Origin: Escherichia phage vB_EcoM_Lh1B
Sequence record: OK428535.1
DNA: 64,000 nt
Direction: 5' to 3' (one strand)
A model generated the notes under the pieces. It was not told the DNA's origin. It did not search any database and saw only the letters and a list, made by a program, of their open reading frames with translations. Positions within the stretch are counted from its first letter, which is position 1. Each line of letters opens with the position of its first letter. Positions 28,548-37,330 of this stretch are shown piece by piece. Position numbers and translations under genes: made by a program.

Positions 28548-31500
28548 TTAGCTTGCTTTCCGACTTACGTTTAACGACGGTGTCGGTTGGGTTATTTCCT
28601 GCCTACGTGCAGCTGAGCCCGGAGGAGGCACATTTGCCGCTTGCTGGATACTACCACCCCGTGTGTCGTTTGCCGCTCTTGGATTTGATTTCAAAATATC
28701 ACGAATCTCTTTCAAGTAATCGCGAGACTGAATCAGTACCTTGAGCTGCTGAACATCTATCGGGTCACCATTCAGCGTTGGCGTCGATGCTGTAGCATCA
28801 GAAGTTGGGGCGGCAATTGGACGAGCTGCTGCGTTAACCTGCGCTTCCGCGCCTGCTTTCACTTTAGCAACATCCGTCNCAGACAATCCTTCTGCTGCAG
28901 CTTGCGACGCTACGGTTTCGGCCGTTGTTGAGGCATCGGATGTTCCGGTACCGCCTGTGGTTGGNGTAGGTGCTGCTGGTCCTACATTACCTGCGGCGGT
29001 AGCCATTGCATCTTGTGCCGCCATGGCCCCTTTCTGCGTCAATGCGTCATCACGACGATTAGCATTATCTGCTGGCAGGTTATCTGCNGGCGACAGACTC
29101 GGGTCATTAGCGGCCGGTGCACCCATTGCCGCTGCCGGGTTAGTTGGTGAATTAGGCGACAATCCTGCAACCATATCCTTCGTCTTGCTCGGAACGGCAG
29201 CGACTTCGTTGGCGGAAATTGCGCCCATGCGGCGGTTCAGTTCCTGAATAACCCCGTCTACGCTACGTATACGACCGTTGCTGTAGAAGACGTTGGCATT
29301 CCCTCTCAGTATTGCGGATGTAATCCCAGGAGCACTCGATGCCGCCATATTCGGATTACGCTTCCATGCTTCCAGGAATTTCTTACCGCCGCCTGCACCC
29401 AGGAAGTGGTACAGATAAGCCACGGCTGGNGGNGGTGCTTTACCACCCAGGTCACGTTGTGCTTTTTGGATGTTGTCACGAATGAACTGTACACCCAAAA
29501 TANCATNCNCCCNCGGGNCCNTCTGGTTAACACGCGGAANACCNAACTTCCNCGAANACCCCTTCATCATCCCGTCCCACGNGCCGTTAACAAACTGGAA
29601 CAACCCAGATGCCGAAGCATACGGGTTTTTAGCGGTGTAGTTAAATCCGGACTCCNCCTTAGCCATTGCTAACGCCACTGCAGGTGGCACGCCCATCATG
29701 TTCGCTGCATCGGTAATCAATGCTTTGATATTCGGAACGTTCAACGCACCCTTTCTACCCAACATTTCTATCGGGTATTTTTCAGCCAGTGACTTATAAT
29801 CACCGTCTTTCACTTCACTCAGGTTAATCGAAGACGAACCAGTGGTCATTGCAGCGTAGTTCCGCACACCGCCAACCGCATCGACGACTTGACCCAAGTT
29901 ACCCGGCACACCACCACTCGTACCCGATGGAATGTAGCCTGAGGCGCGAGCACCGTCAGATGACAAAGAATCTCCCGAACTGATGTTCGAGTCTTCTTCA
30001 TCTTCACCGGTAACTTCCAGAGAACTGCGGTTCTTGTTACGATCCTTCCAGCGTGCACGCTTGCCATTATTTTTAATGGCTTTAATCATGTTACGCACGG
30101 CAAGGTCAGCTTCTTTTGACAACAGCTTCAGCGTTTCCAGCTCGGCTTTGATAGACGATGGGTTCGTGTTAGCATCGCCCCCTAGTGGGTTGATGTTCAC
30201 TTCCCACACCGACTGTCTTATACCGCCTTTCAGGCTGTAGGCAGTTGACATCATCAGACTGATTTCGTACAGGTAGCCGCCGGTCAGTTTCAAGTTCAGC
30301 GGATCGGCTGTTGGCAGGTAACGCTTCACCCCAACCAAATACGTCATGAATACCGGTAAGAAGCGGTCAAAGAACCACCGTTTCAAACGATCTTCTTTCG
30401 GTGTGCCGATAGCGTCTGGAACCATCGAGGCGATGGCTTTCTTCCAGTCACCTTTATAGCTTGCGGTTTTCACGTCGATGTCTTTGATGACGTTCTTCTC
30501 GAATACCGTAATCAACGTGCGTGTGGCGTTGTCGATGGTGGTAAAACCATAAGTCTTCCAACGCACCGACTCCATCGCATTCATGTCTTTCTGGTCGAGC
30601 ACCGCGTTCCAGTCTACCTGAATCTGAACCTGCTCTGTTCCGTCTTCCCAACCTTCTACCTTCGCCAGATTTTTATTACGTTCGTTATCCAACTGTCCAA
30701 GTTTGTTGATAGCTTCATCAACACCCGCGGACTTAATCCCCTCCACGGCCGGTGCCATTCCGTACTTACGNGCTTTCTTATCGTCCATTCTGAACTTGAT
30801 TGCACNCNCGACTTCATTCTGCACTTCCATAACCTCTTCACCGCTCAAAAACTCCTTCGGTGTAAAGGTTACAACGTCCCAGGCTTTCGAGAAGAAGCCT
30901 TGGTTGACTTTGCGTGGGTCTGTTAACGAAGAGAACGCTTTTGCATCCTTAGTCATCTTCATTTTGTTGAAGAGTGTCTGCATGTCCTCTTTCGATACTT
31001 TCTTAGCATCGCCGACGTCAGCCAACTGGATACTATTCGGCATTGATTTCAGTGCCGNAATCCAGCGGAGATAAATCGGAATAAAGCGCTGAAGCATAAA
31101 CGCTTGGAAGGCCAACATCTCGCCTTTTTCCTCGACGTTAATACCGAACCCTTCAGCTAACTTCTGAACGTCTTTTCCACCTAGCCCACGGAGACTGGCT
31201 TGGCCATCTTCCGCGTAAGACACATACTCACGCAATGCGTCTTCTAAGTAACGCGCTTTCGCCCCGTCATCCGACGACCACTTATCGTAATCACGGAAAC
31301 CGTACTGAGCTAAACGCATCTTATCCAGGTACTGGGTATAGGTAGTCGTTGCGATCTTGTACNCGGCGTAACCNNCCNCGGNGNNCNCNCCACCGATAAG
31401 AATTGCCGGCCAACCCACCGCAGTCACGACGGCAGAGGCCCCGGTTCCCACNNCGGNCACCNCGGGTGCCNCCAAACGGGTTACTGCGAACTTACCAACA

Positions 31501-34500
31501 TTCCACGCAGCCTTACCTAAAAGACCTACGGGTTTTAACACACCCCATTTCGTGATAGAACCGAGTATATTACCCACAGTTCCCAAGATACTGACGATGG
31601 GGCCGATGATAGGTAAGCCTTTCACCATATCCCACAGACCGCCAGATTTCCCTTTGGAGCCCTGCNCTTTCTCTTTCTTCNCCTTNCNTTTCNCACNCCA
31701 ACNTTTGAAGAAGTTAAAGTAGTCGCGTTTTTCATCACCTTCAGGCGGCTTGTTACGTTTACCGAACTTCGCAAACATGGTACGAATAATACCATCGTCG
31801 CCACCTGCACGGGATACTGATTCGCGCATGGTGTTAAACCACGACATCTCTTGCAAGCCAATCATTCGGTCCAAGCGTTCGAATAACCTTGCACCTGCTG
31901 ACTTGGCGGCATTCTTCCCTTTGTTGATAACCCTCCCTGCTGCATCACGGGCGGTCTCAAGGTCTTCCTTCGCATCGCCGTAGACTTTACGGCCAGAAAG
32001 GCCACCTTTCGCGTTCAAATGGCTGCGATAAAACTCAGCAACATCGTCATCGCGTCCAGCCAACCGACGTTCAACTTCGTAACGTGTAGCAATGTCGTGT
32101 CGTGCTCCACGATATCCATCGAGCATATCCCCAGCCCGGCCTCGGAAACCACTGAACCAACCNCGCAGGCNGTCGCGTCCACGACCAAAGAACGCTTTTG
32201 TTCTTGACCAACGTCCACCAAAACGTTCAGACAATGACGATTTCGCACGATCATACGCCCCGCGTACTGCACGACCGATCGTACTACCGCCACCCCCGAC
32301 GCCCTTCTCCATTTCCTCTGTCCAACTTTCGTCTTCCGGATCTCCCGGTAAACGTTGGTTCAACAGTTTATAGATACGGATAAGGATGTGGTTGGTTTTC
32401 TTGCCGGTTGATGAGAAGAGACTGAAACCACCACCCCCACCATCTTTACGGCCTTTCCACCAACGCGTCAGTGGGTTGTCGGTAANCATGTCTTTCAGAC
32501 GATCGACACCACGTTTCGCAAAACCGAGCACTTTACCCGGTAAGCTCGTTACACGGTTGAACGCTTTCTGGAGACGTGTCTTTTCTTCGCCTTCCGGAAT
32601 CTCGTTCAGCCAGTCCTTAATCTTACCAACGATGCTGCCTGCTTTCGGTGACAGGAAATCCAGGAACCGCTTCGGTAGCTTAGCCACCTTATTAAAGCCT
32701 AAGCCAATCTTACTGGCCAGACCTTGGGTCAGTGCTTGGATTTTCCCGCCTTTATAGTAGCGGAGTTTACCCGCAGCGGCTAAGTCAGCGGCTGCTAATA
32801 CCAGATTACCTGCGGAGTCAACAATATCACTCCCCAGTTTGATGTCGTCCAGCGTTTTCAGCTGAACCATTTTACCATCAATGACCTGATAGTATTCTCC
32901 AGCTTCCAGACGTGCACCTTGCAGAACAACGTTACCGTGGTCATCGTAAACATCGCGGATACCCAGTAGTCCTTTACCGAAGGAACTTACCGCTTCAAAA
33001 CCACCACGGACACTACCACTGATAAGGCCACGCATCCGGGTTAAGAAACCAGGACCTTCGCCACCTCCCATGCCTGCGACTTTACCGCGTGCCCAACCAC
33101 CGAACTGGTTCAGTTTATTCCAGGCACCCTTAACACCACGTTTCGCAAAGCCGCCGATTCCTGCTGCGGTGTCGAACAANACACCGCCCCAACGACGAAT
33201 AAGCCCATCCTCACCGATGATAATACGACGGCGTCTACCGCCACCGCTACCACCACCAGGGCGAGGCGGACCCATTTCTTCATCACCAGAACCAGCACCC
33301 CCTGCTAACGAAGCCAGAAGAACCCCTTCTTCGTCCATACTTCTGACGTGTTCCAGAATTTTCTGGAGGGTGTCACTGTTGTTGTTACCACGAATCGCTT
33401 CGATGATACCGTCAAAGTTATTCCGTGGTGCTTCTTCGCCGCGGTTACGTTGACTCAACAATTCAACAAAGTTAGTCGAGGTTTTACCGTAGAGAACTGC
33501 GGCTAACTGCCGAGGCGACATTCCGCGGCCTTTACCACCGCCACGTAAANCNGGNGGTAACGACGTGTCATCGGCACCACCACTTGCCCCTTGGTTCATT
33601 CGGCGCAGATAGTCGCCTAACGCCGAACCATTTTGCAGCTTACGTTGAATCTCCTGGTCACGAGTCAATGCGCGCCCGCTGCGTGTCTTACCCATCGCCA
33701 AGTCATTAAACAAGGTATAGGGATCGGACAGGTCTTTATCCACGCCGAAGGTGTCACTCTTCGCGTCGTAGTTAAAGATACCCGCATCACGCAACGCTCG
33801 CTCGCCGTAAATATTCACCGCCTCGTCGATAATTGCCTGACGTTGGGTGATAGATGACTGCACTGTGGAGATTTTGCGAGCCAGTTCGTTACTTAATTCG
33901 TTGCTACCACCGAGTAAGCTGTCTGAATGCCCCTGTAACGCTTCCTTAATGCGTTCTGCGGCGTTTCCTGGCATATACCGATGAAGATGCATCGGGTCTT
34001 TCAGAATCGCTTCTACGTCGAATGCGCGGCCCTGCGAGGCACGTGACTCGATATAGTCGGCAAGATGCTGTCGATCCTTCTGCGAGAGCGTTTTGCCACG
34101 GTCAACAAAATCCACAGTGCTGTTAATGGAATTTTGGAGACGCAGGCGCTGCTCATCGTTTGCAACCGCTTTGCGTACACGGTTACCGACCACTTTGCGG
34201 TCTACGAAACCACGACTGGTGATGTCGTATTCCAGATCGGCATGTTCGCCATAGCCACGACGAACAGATTTGTTAATCTCTGCCAGCCAGGCAGGAATAA
34301 CTTCAACCAGGCTAAGATACGCTTTACGGTCAAACTTCGCCGAACGACTTAACGTTTCGCCATTACGCTCATCGAGGAAGGCTTTCTCACGGTTTAACGG
34401 TTGGACAATACCGAGTTCATTCAGTACCCGGAACAAATCCGCCAACGGTCCTTGTGTTTCGCCTGCGATAGCTGAGTTCGAGATAGAGGAAAGATTACCA

Positions 34501-35522
34501 AAGGTGAACGCGCCCTTCTGCAGGCGTTTCATGACCTCTGGATTTTTCTCCATCTCCTCACGAGTCCATTTCTGGAGTTTCTCGATTTGTGGGCCGAGTA
34601 GTTTCTTCGCAAGGAATCCGCTACCCCATGCAGTTGCTTTATCGCGAGCATTTGTTTTGCGACGTTCGGCAGTCAACGAAGAGCTGTCGCTCATGCCGAA
34701 ATCGTCTTCAACACCCATGCCGAGAACAGACTCTAACAAACCACGACCTTCGCCAAATATACCAGAAATTTTCTTCTTGGTATTTTCGCGAATCATGTCC
34801 ATAAACCCGTCAGCATAACGCAANGGGTTCATCCATTCCGCAGCCTGGCGTTTAACGTTTGCCCAACGGACTTCTGAGAAATCTTCCTTCGCGTAGTCTG
34901 GCAGCGCCGTGTTCTTCACGATGGCTTCTAAAGCAGGCGTGTTACGATCGAACTCCGACTGCTTCATCTTCACGATGTCTTGAATGGCGAACAGGGTACG
35001 GTATTGCAATTCGAGTTTCTTACGCTCGATGTTTAAGAATACCCCACGGCTTAACCCGGTTAGCAGGTTAATGTCTTTCGCCATCCCAATCATGGTTTGG
35101 TGCATTGCATCCGCGCGCATCTCTTTGATGCTGTCGCGGAGCTTATCCTCTACCATGCGGTCCTGCAGTTGACGTTGTTCGTCGGCGTCCTTTGGCACGC
35201 CTGAGAAAACGTCGCCCAGTTCACGATCCATCAATGCCTGATTAGGATCGTAATTTTGGTAATCCAACTGGTCAGATTTTGACCACTTGTCGATGCGCTT
35301 AGTAACTGCATCCGGCAAGTATTTCTTCATCGTCGGACCGAGTTGGCGCGCTTGCATCTTCAGCGTGCGCTCGGTCTTCTCAAGCTCCCCTTTCGTATGG
35401 GCGTAAATGTCCTTTGCTGCAGCTGCCGCTGACTGATAACCCTCGTATGCATCAGCTGCCGGCTTAGGCATCCCCTTGAGGATAACTTGGTCGCGTTTCC
35501 CTTCTGGCCAGATAGTTGACAT
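28548..35522 (-). CDS. giant virion protein with lytic transglycosylase (SLT) domain
   Basis: About 2,324 aa from ATG at 35520-35522 (AGGAAG RBS); SLT signature AVALAMAK-x-ESGFNYTAKNPYASASGLFQF at about 29550-29700; Gly-rich linkers, hydrophobic segments and Ala/Pro-rich C-terminal tail. Confidence 0.8.
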   Translation of the reverse strand: MSTIWPEGKRDQVILKGMPKPAADAYEGYQSAAAAAKDIYAHTKGELEKTERTLKMQARQLGPTMKKYLPDAVTKRIDKWSKSDQLDYQNYDPNQALMDRELGDVFSGVPKDADEQRQLQDRMVEDKLRDSIKEMRADAMHQTMIGMAKDINLLTGLSRGVFLNIERKKLELQYRTLFAIQDIVKMKQSEFDRNTPALEAIVKNTALPDYAKEDFSEVRWANVKRQAAEWMNXLRYADGFMDMIRENTKKKISGIFGEGRGLLESVLGMGVEDDFGMSDSSSLTAERRKTNARDKATAWGSGFLAKKLLGPQIEKLQKWTREEMEKNPEVMKRLQKGAFTFGNLSSISNSAIAGETQGPLADLFRVLNELGIVQPLNREKAFLDERNGETLSRSAKFDRKAYLSLVEVIPAWLAEINKSVRRGYGEHADLEYDITSRGFVDRKVVGNRVRKAVANDEQRLRLQNSINSTVDFVDRGKTLSQKDRQHLADYIESRASQGRAFDVEAILKDPMHLHRYMPGNAAERIKEALQGHSDSLLGGSNELSNELARKISTVQSSITQRQAIIDEAVNIYGERALRDAGIFNYDAKSDTFGVDKDLSDPYTLFNDLAMGKTRSGRALTRDQEIQRKLQNGSALGDYLRRMNQGASGGADDTSLXXXLRGGGKGRGMSPRQLAAVLYGKTSTNFVELLSQRNRGEEAPRNNFDGIIEAIRGNNNSDTLQKILEHVRSMDEEGVLLASLAGGAGSGDEEMGPPRPGGGSGGGRRRRIIIGEDGLIRRWGGXLFDTAAGIGGFAKRGVKGAWNKLNQFGGWARGKVAGMGGGEGPGFLTRMRGLISGSVRGGFEAVSSFGKGLLGIRDVYDDHGNVVLQGARLEAGEYYQVIDGKMVQLKTLDDIKLGSDIVDSAGNLVLAAADLAAAGKLRYYKGGKIQALTQGLASKIGLGFNKVAKLPKRFLDFLSPKAGSIVGKIKDWLNEIPEGEEKTRLQKAFNRVTSLPGKVLGFAKRGVDRLKDMXTDNPLTRWWKGRKDGGGGGFSLFSSTGKKTNHILIRIYKLLNQRLPGDPEDESWTEEMEKGVGGGGSTIGRAVRGAYDRAKSSLSERFGGRWSRTKAFFGRGRDXLXGWFSGFRGRAGDMLDGYRGARHDIATRYEVERRLAGRDDDVAEFYRSHLNAKGGLSGRKVYGDAKEDLETARDAAGRVINKGKNAAKSAGARLFERLDRMIGLQEMSWFNTMRESVSRAGGDDGIIRTMFAKFGKRNKPPEGDEKRDYFNFFKXWXXKXKXKKEKXQGSKGKSGGLWDMVKGLPIIGPIVSILGTVGNILGSITKWGVLKPVGLLGKAAWNVGKFAVTRLXAPXVXXVGTGASAVVTAVGWPAILIGXXXXXXGYAXYKIATTTYTQYLDKMRLAQYGFRDYDKWSSDDGAKARYLEDALREYVSYAEDGQASLRGLGGKDVQKLAEGFGINVEEKGEMLAFQAFMLQRFIPIYLRWIXALKSMPNSIQLADVGDAKKVSKEDMQTLFNKMKMTKDAKAFSSLTDPRKVNQGFFSKAWDVVTFTPKEFLSGEEVMEVQNEVXXAIKFRMDDKKXRKYGMAPAVEGIKSAGVDEAINKLGQLDNERNKNLAKVEGWEDGTEQVQIQVDWNAVLDQKDMNAMESVRWKTYGFTTIDNATRTLITVFEKNVIKDIDVKTASYKGDWKKAIASMVPDAIGTPKEDRLKRWFFDRFLPVFMTYLVGVKRYLPTADPLNLKLTGGYLYEISLMMSTAYSLKGGIRQSVWEVNINPLGGDANTNPSSIKAELETLKLLSKEADLAVRNMIKAIKNNGKRARWKDRNKNRSSLEVTGEDEEDSNISSGDSLSSDGARASGYIPSGTSGGVPGNLGQVVDAVGGVRNYAAMTTGSSSINLSEVKDGDYKSLAEKYPIEMLGRKGALNVPNIKALITDAANMMGVPPAVALAMAKXESGFNYTAKNPYASASGLFQFVNGXWDGMMKGXSXKXGXPRVNQXXPXXXXILGVQFIRDNIQKAQRDLGGKAXXPAVAYLYHFLGAGGGKKFLEAWKRNPNMAASSAPGITSAILRGNANVFYSNGRIRSVDGVIQELNRRMGAISANEVAAVPSKTKDMVAGLSPNSPTNPAAAMGAPAANDPSLSXADNLPADNANRRDDALTQKGAMAAQDAMATAAGNVGPAAPXPTTGGTGTSDASTTAETVASQAAAEGLSXTDVAKVKAGAEAQVNAAARPIAAPTSDATASTPTLNGDPIDVQQLKVLIQSRDYLKEIRDILKSNPRAANDTRGGSIQQAANVPPPGSAARRQEITQPTPSLNVSRKAS

Positions 35523-35698
35523 CGCCGACTTCCTGGCAACATTCAGGGTACTGAGTATCGGGCTTCGTTTTTTCTCGTCTTTGGGACGGGGNGGTTCNCC
35601 NAAANCNTCCCANTCGTCGANTNTATCTAAATCNATATCATCNAAACCNTCTTTNCCTCTTTTTGCCNTAANNTTTNTTCCAATTNAGGAGNTTAAAA

Positions 35699-37312
35699 AT
35701 GACAAAGCTAAAATGGGTTNACTTTTACTTGTTAAACNNCAACAAGTCCCTGGTGTCGCATTTAAAACCAGTTACAACAACAGACACCTTTCAGGGACTG
35801 ACGAAAAACTTTCACCCTGAAGGACTGTATTCAACCGAAATTTTTGGCCTCACAGGGAGCGAAGCACGAGACTCAACGTTCTCGTACATTGATATCAAAC
35901 TGGATATCATTTCGCCGACCGTTTGTTTGGCATTGTTCCAGCTGAAACAGCTGTACGAAGAAATCTGTTCCGGGAAGCGATTCGCTATCTGGAATGAGAA
36001 AGAAAAAGATTTCGAGCCGGCTCTGCCCAGTGATAAAGGTGCAGACACCGGCTTCAACTTCTTCCTACGCTACTACGAACAACTGACACCGGGACGCAAC
36101 GAATCGATGCGTCGCGACGAGACAGTCGATTTCTTCAATAAGTTCCGTCCGGTCAGTCTCAGCCGCTATGTGCTGGTTCTGCCTGCGGGATTACGTGATT
36201 TGGTCATTCGTCAGGATGGCCGCGACCAAGAAGAAGAGATTGGCGGACTCTACCGTCGTCTGATTTCTCTGGCGCGTGCAATCCCCGACCGCAGTACGCG
36301 AACGGAACTGACTGACCCGGTTCGCTGGAAGCTCCAACAAACCTTTAATGATATCTGGATGTACTTCTTCAACATCCAGGATGGTAAAGGTGGTTTTGCA
36401 CGTCGTAAAGTGACGTCACGTAAGTTAATGAACGGTACGCGTAACGTACTGTCTTCATTCTCAACCGGTTCCAAGGTCATGGGTCGCGAAGATGCGATTC
36501 GTCCAACGGATACCCGTATCGGTTTGTACCAAACCCTGAAGGCATTACTGCCTGTGGCTCAATACCACATCCGTGAACGTTACCTCAGTAACATCCGGGC
36601 AGGGGACGGCAACTTATACGGCGTTAACACCAAAACACTCAAGCGTGAGTTCCTGGAAGTCTCCGGGCGGGTGTATGACCTTTTCACTACCGACGATGGC
36701 ATCGAAACACTCATCAACAGAATGGAAGCGCGCGAGCTTCGACATAAACCGCTGATGATTGATCCGGACCATTACGTGGCATTAATCTACCAGGACAAAC
36801 GCAGCTTCAAAATCTTTTACGATATTGAAGACCTGCCGGAAGGACGTGACCGCAAGCTTGTCCGCGGACTGAGCTTAGCAGAACTCCTCTATTTGTCAGG
36901 TTACGATATTTGGAATGACTACTTCTCGTTCATCACGCGTTATCCGGTTACGGGACGCGGTTCGACTTACTCCTCGACCATAAGATTGGAGACCACCACC
37001 TCTTCCCTCTATTTGCATGAACTGGAAGACGATTGGGNCACGTTAAAAGANAAGGGNGCAATTNGNTTCCCTGACCGTACCGTGAAAACNTTTGTGGAAT
37101 CCATGGCACCACATCCANCCCNATTAGGGGGNTTGGGNGGNGACNACGANGGNGACACCGGCNCANCAAANAGCCCGATGTCAACCGAAGCGCTCGNGGA
37201 AAATCGGAAGTGGGTCAGTTCGAAAAACTACTGGTTTGCAACAGACGGCAGTTTCAAAATCAATCCGGTTAACAACGTGATTAAAAGAACGACTGCTGCG
37301 CTGTTGAAATGA
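35699..37312 (+). CDS. RNA polymerase beta-prime-like subunit, N-terminal-half homologue
   Basis: 537 aa; ordered blocks VLVLPAGLRDLV, GGLYRRLI, GKGGFARRKVTSRKLMNGTRNVL, ITRYPVTGRGS, K.AI.FP and GGD-x-[D/E]-GDTG (37142..37156) match beta-prime lid/rudder/DPBB/catalytic-loop blocks; AGGAG RBS. Confidence 0.6.
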   Translation: MTKLKWVXFYLLNXNKSLVSHLKPVTTTDTFQGLTKNFHPEGLYSTEIFGLTGSEARDSTFSYIDIKLDIISPTVCLALFQLKQLYEEICSGKRFAIWNEKEKDFEPALPSDKGADTGFNFFLRYYEQLTPGRNESMRRDETVDFFNKFRPVSLSRYVLVLPAGLRDLVIRQDGRDQEEEIGGLYRRLISLARAIPDRSTRTELTDPVRWKLQQTFNDIWMYFFNIQDGKGGFARRKVTSRKLMNGTRNVLSSFSTGSKVMGREDAIRPTDTRIGLYQTLKALLPVAQYHIRERYLSNIRAGDGNLYGVNTKTLKREFLEVSGRVYDLFTTDDGIETLINRMEARELRHKPLMIDPDHYVALIYQDKRSFKIFYDIEDLPEGRDRKLVRGLSLAELLYLSGYDIWNDYFSFITRYPVTGRGSTYSSTIRLETTTSSLYLHELEDDWXTLKXKXAIXFPDRTVKXFVESMAPHPXXLGXLXXDXXXDTGXXXSPMSTEALXENRKWVSSKNYWFATDGSFKINPVNNVIKRTTAALLK

Positions 37313-37330
37313 TACCCATAAGGCACATGT

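Noticed and set aside
28957-34818. Multiple plus-strand ORFs of 60-180 aa lying inside the giant minus-strand gene (e.g. 28957..29247, 30703..31074, 33070..33453, 34270..34818)
   Set aside because: Fully embedded antisense to a long, motif-supported coding region; no RBS; low-complexity translations typical of antisense frames in GC-balanced DNA
35523-35705. Giant-protein start at 35705 as in the ORF track
   Set aside because: It would place the start codon overlapping the divergent RNAP-like gene start and run through an N-dense region; an in-frame ATG at 35520-35522 with AGGAAG RBS is a better start
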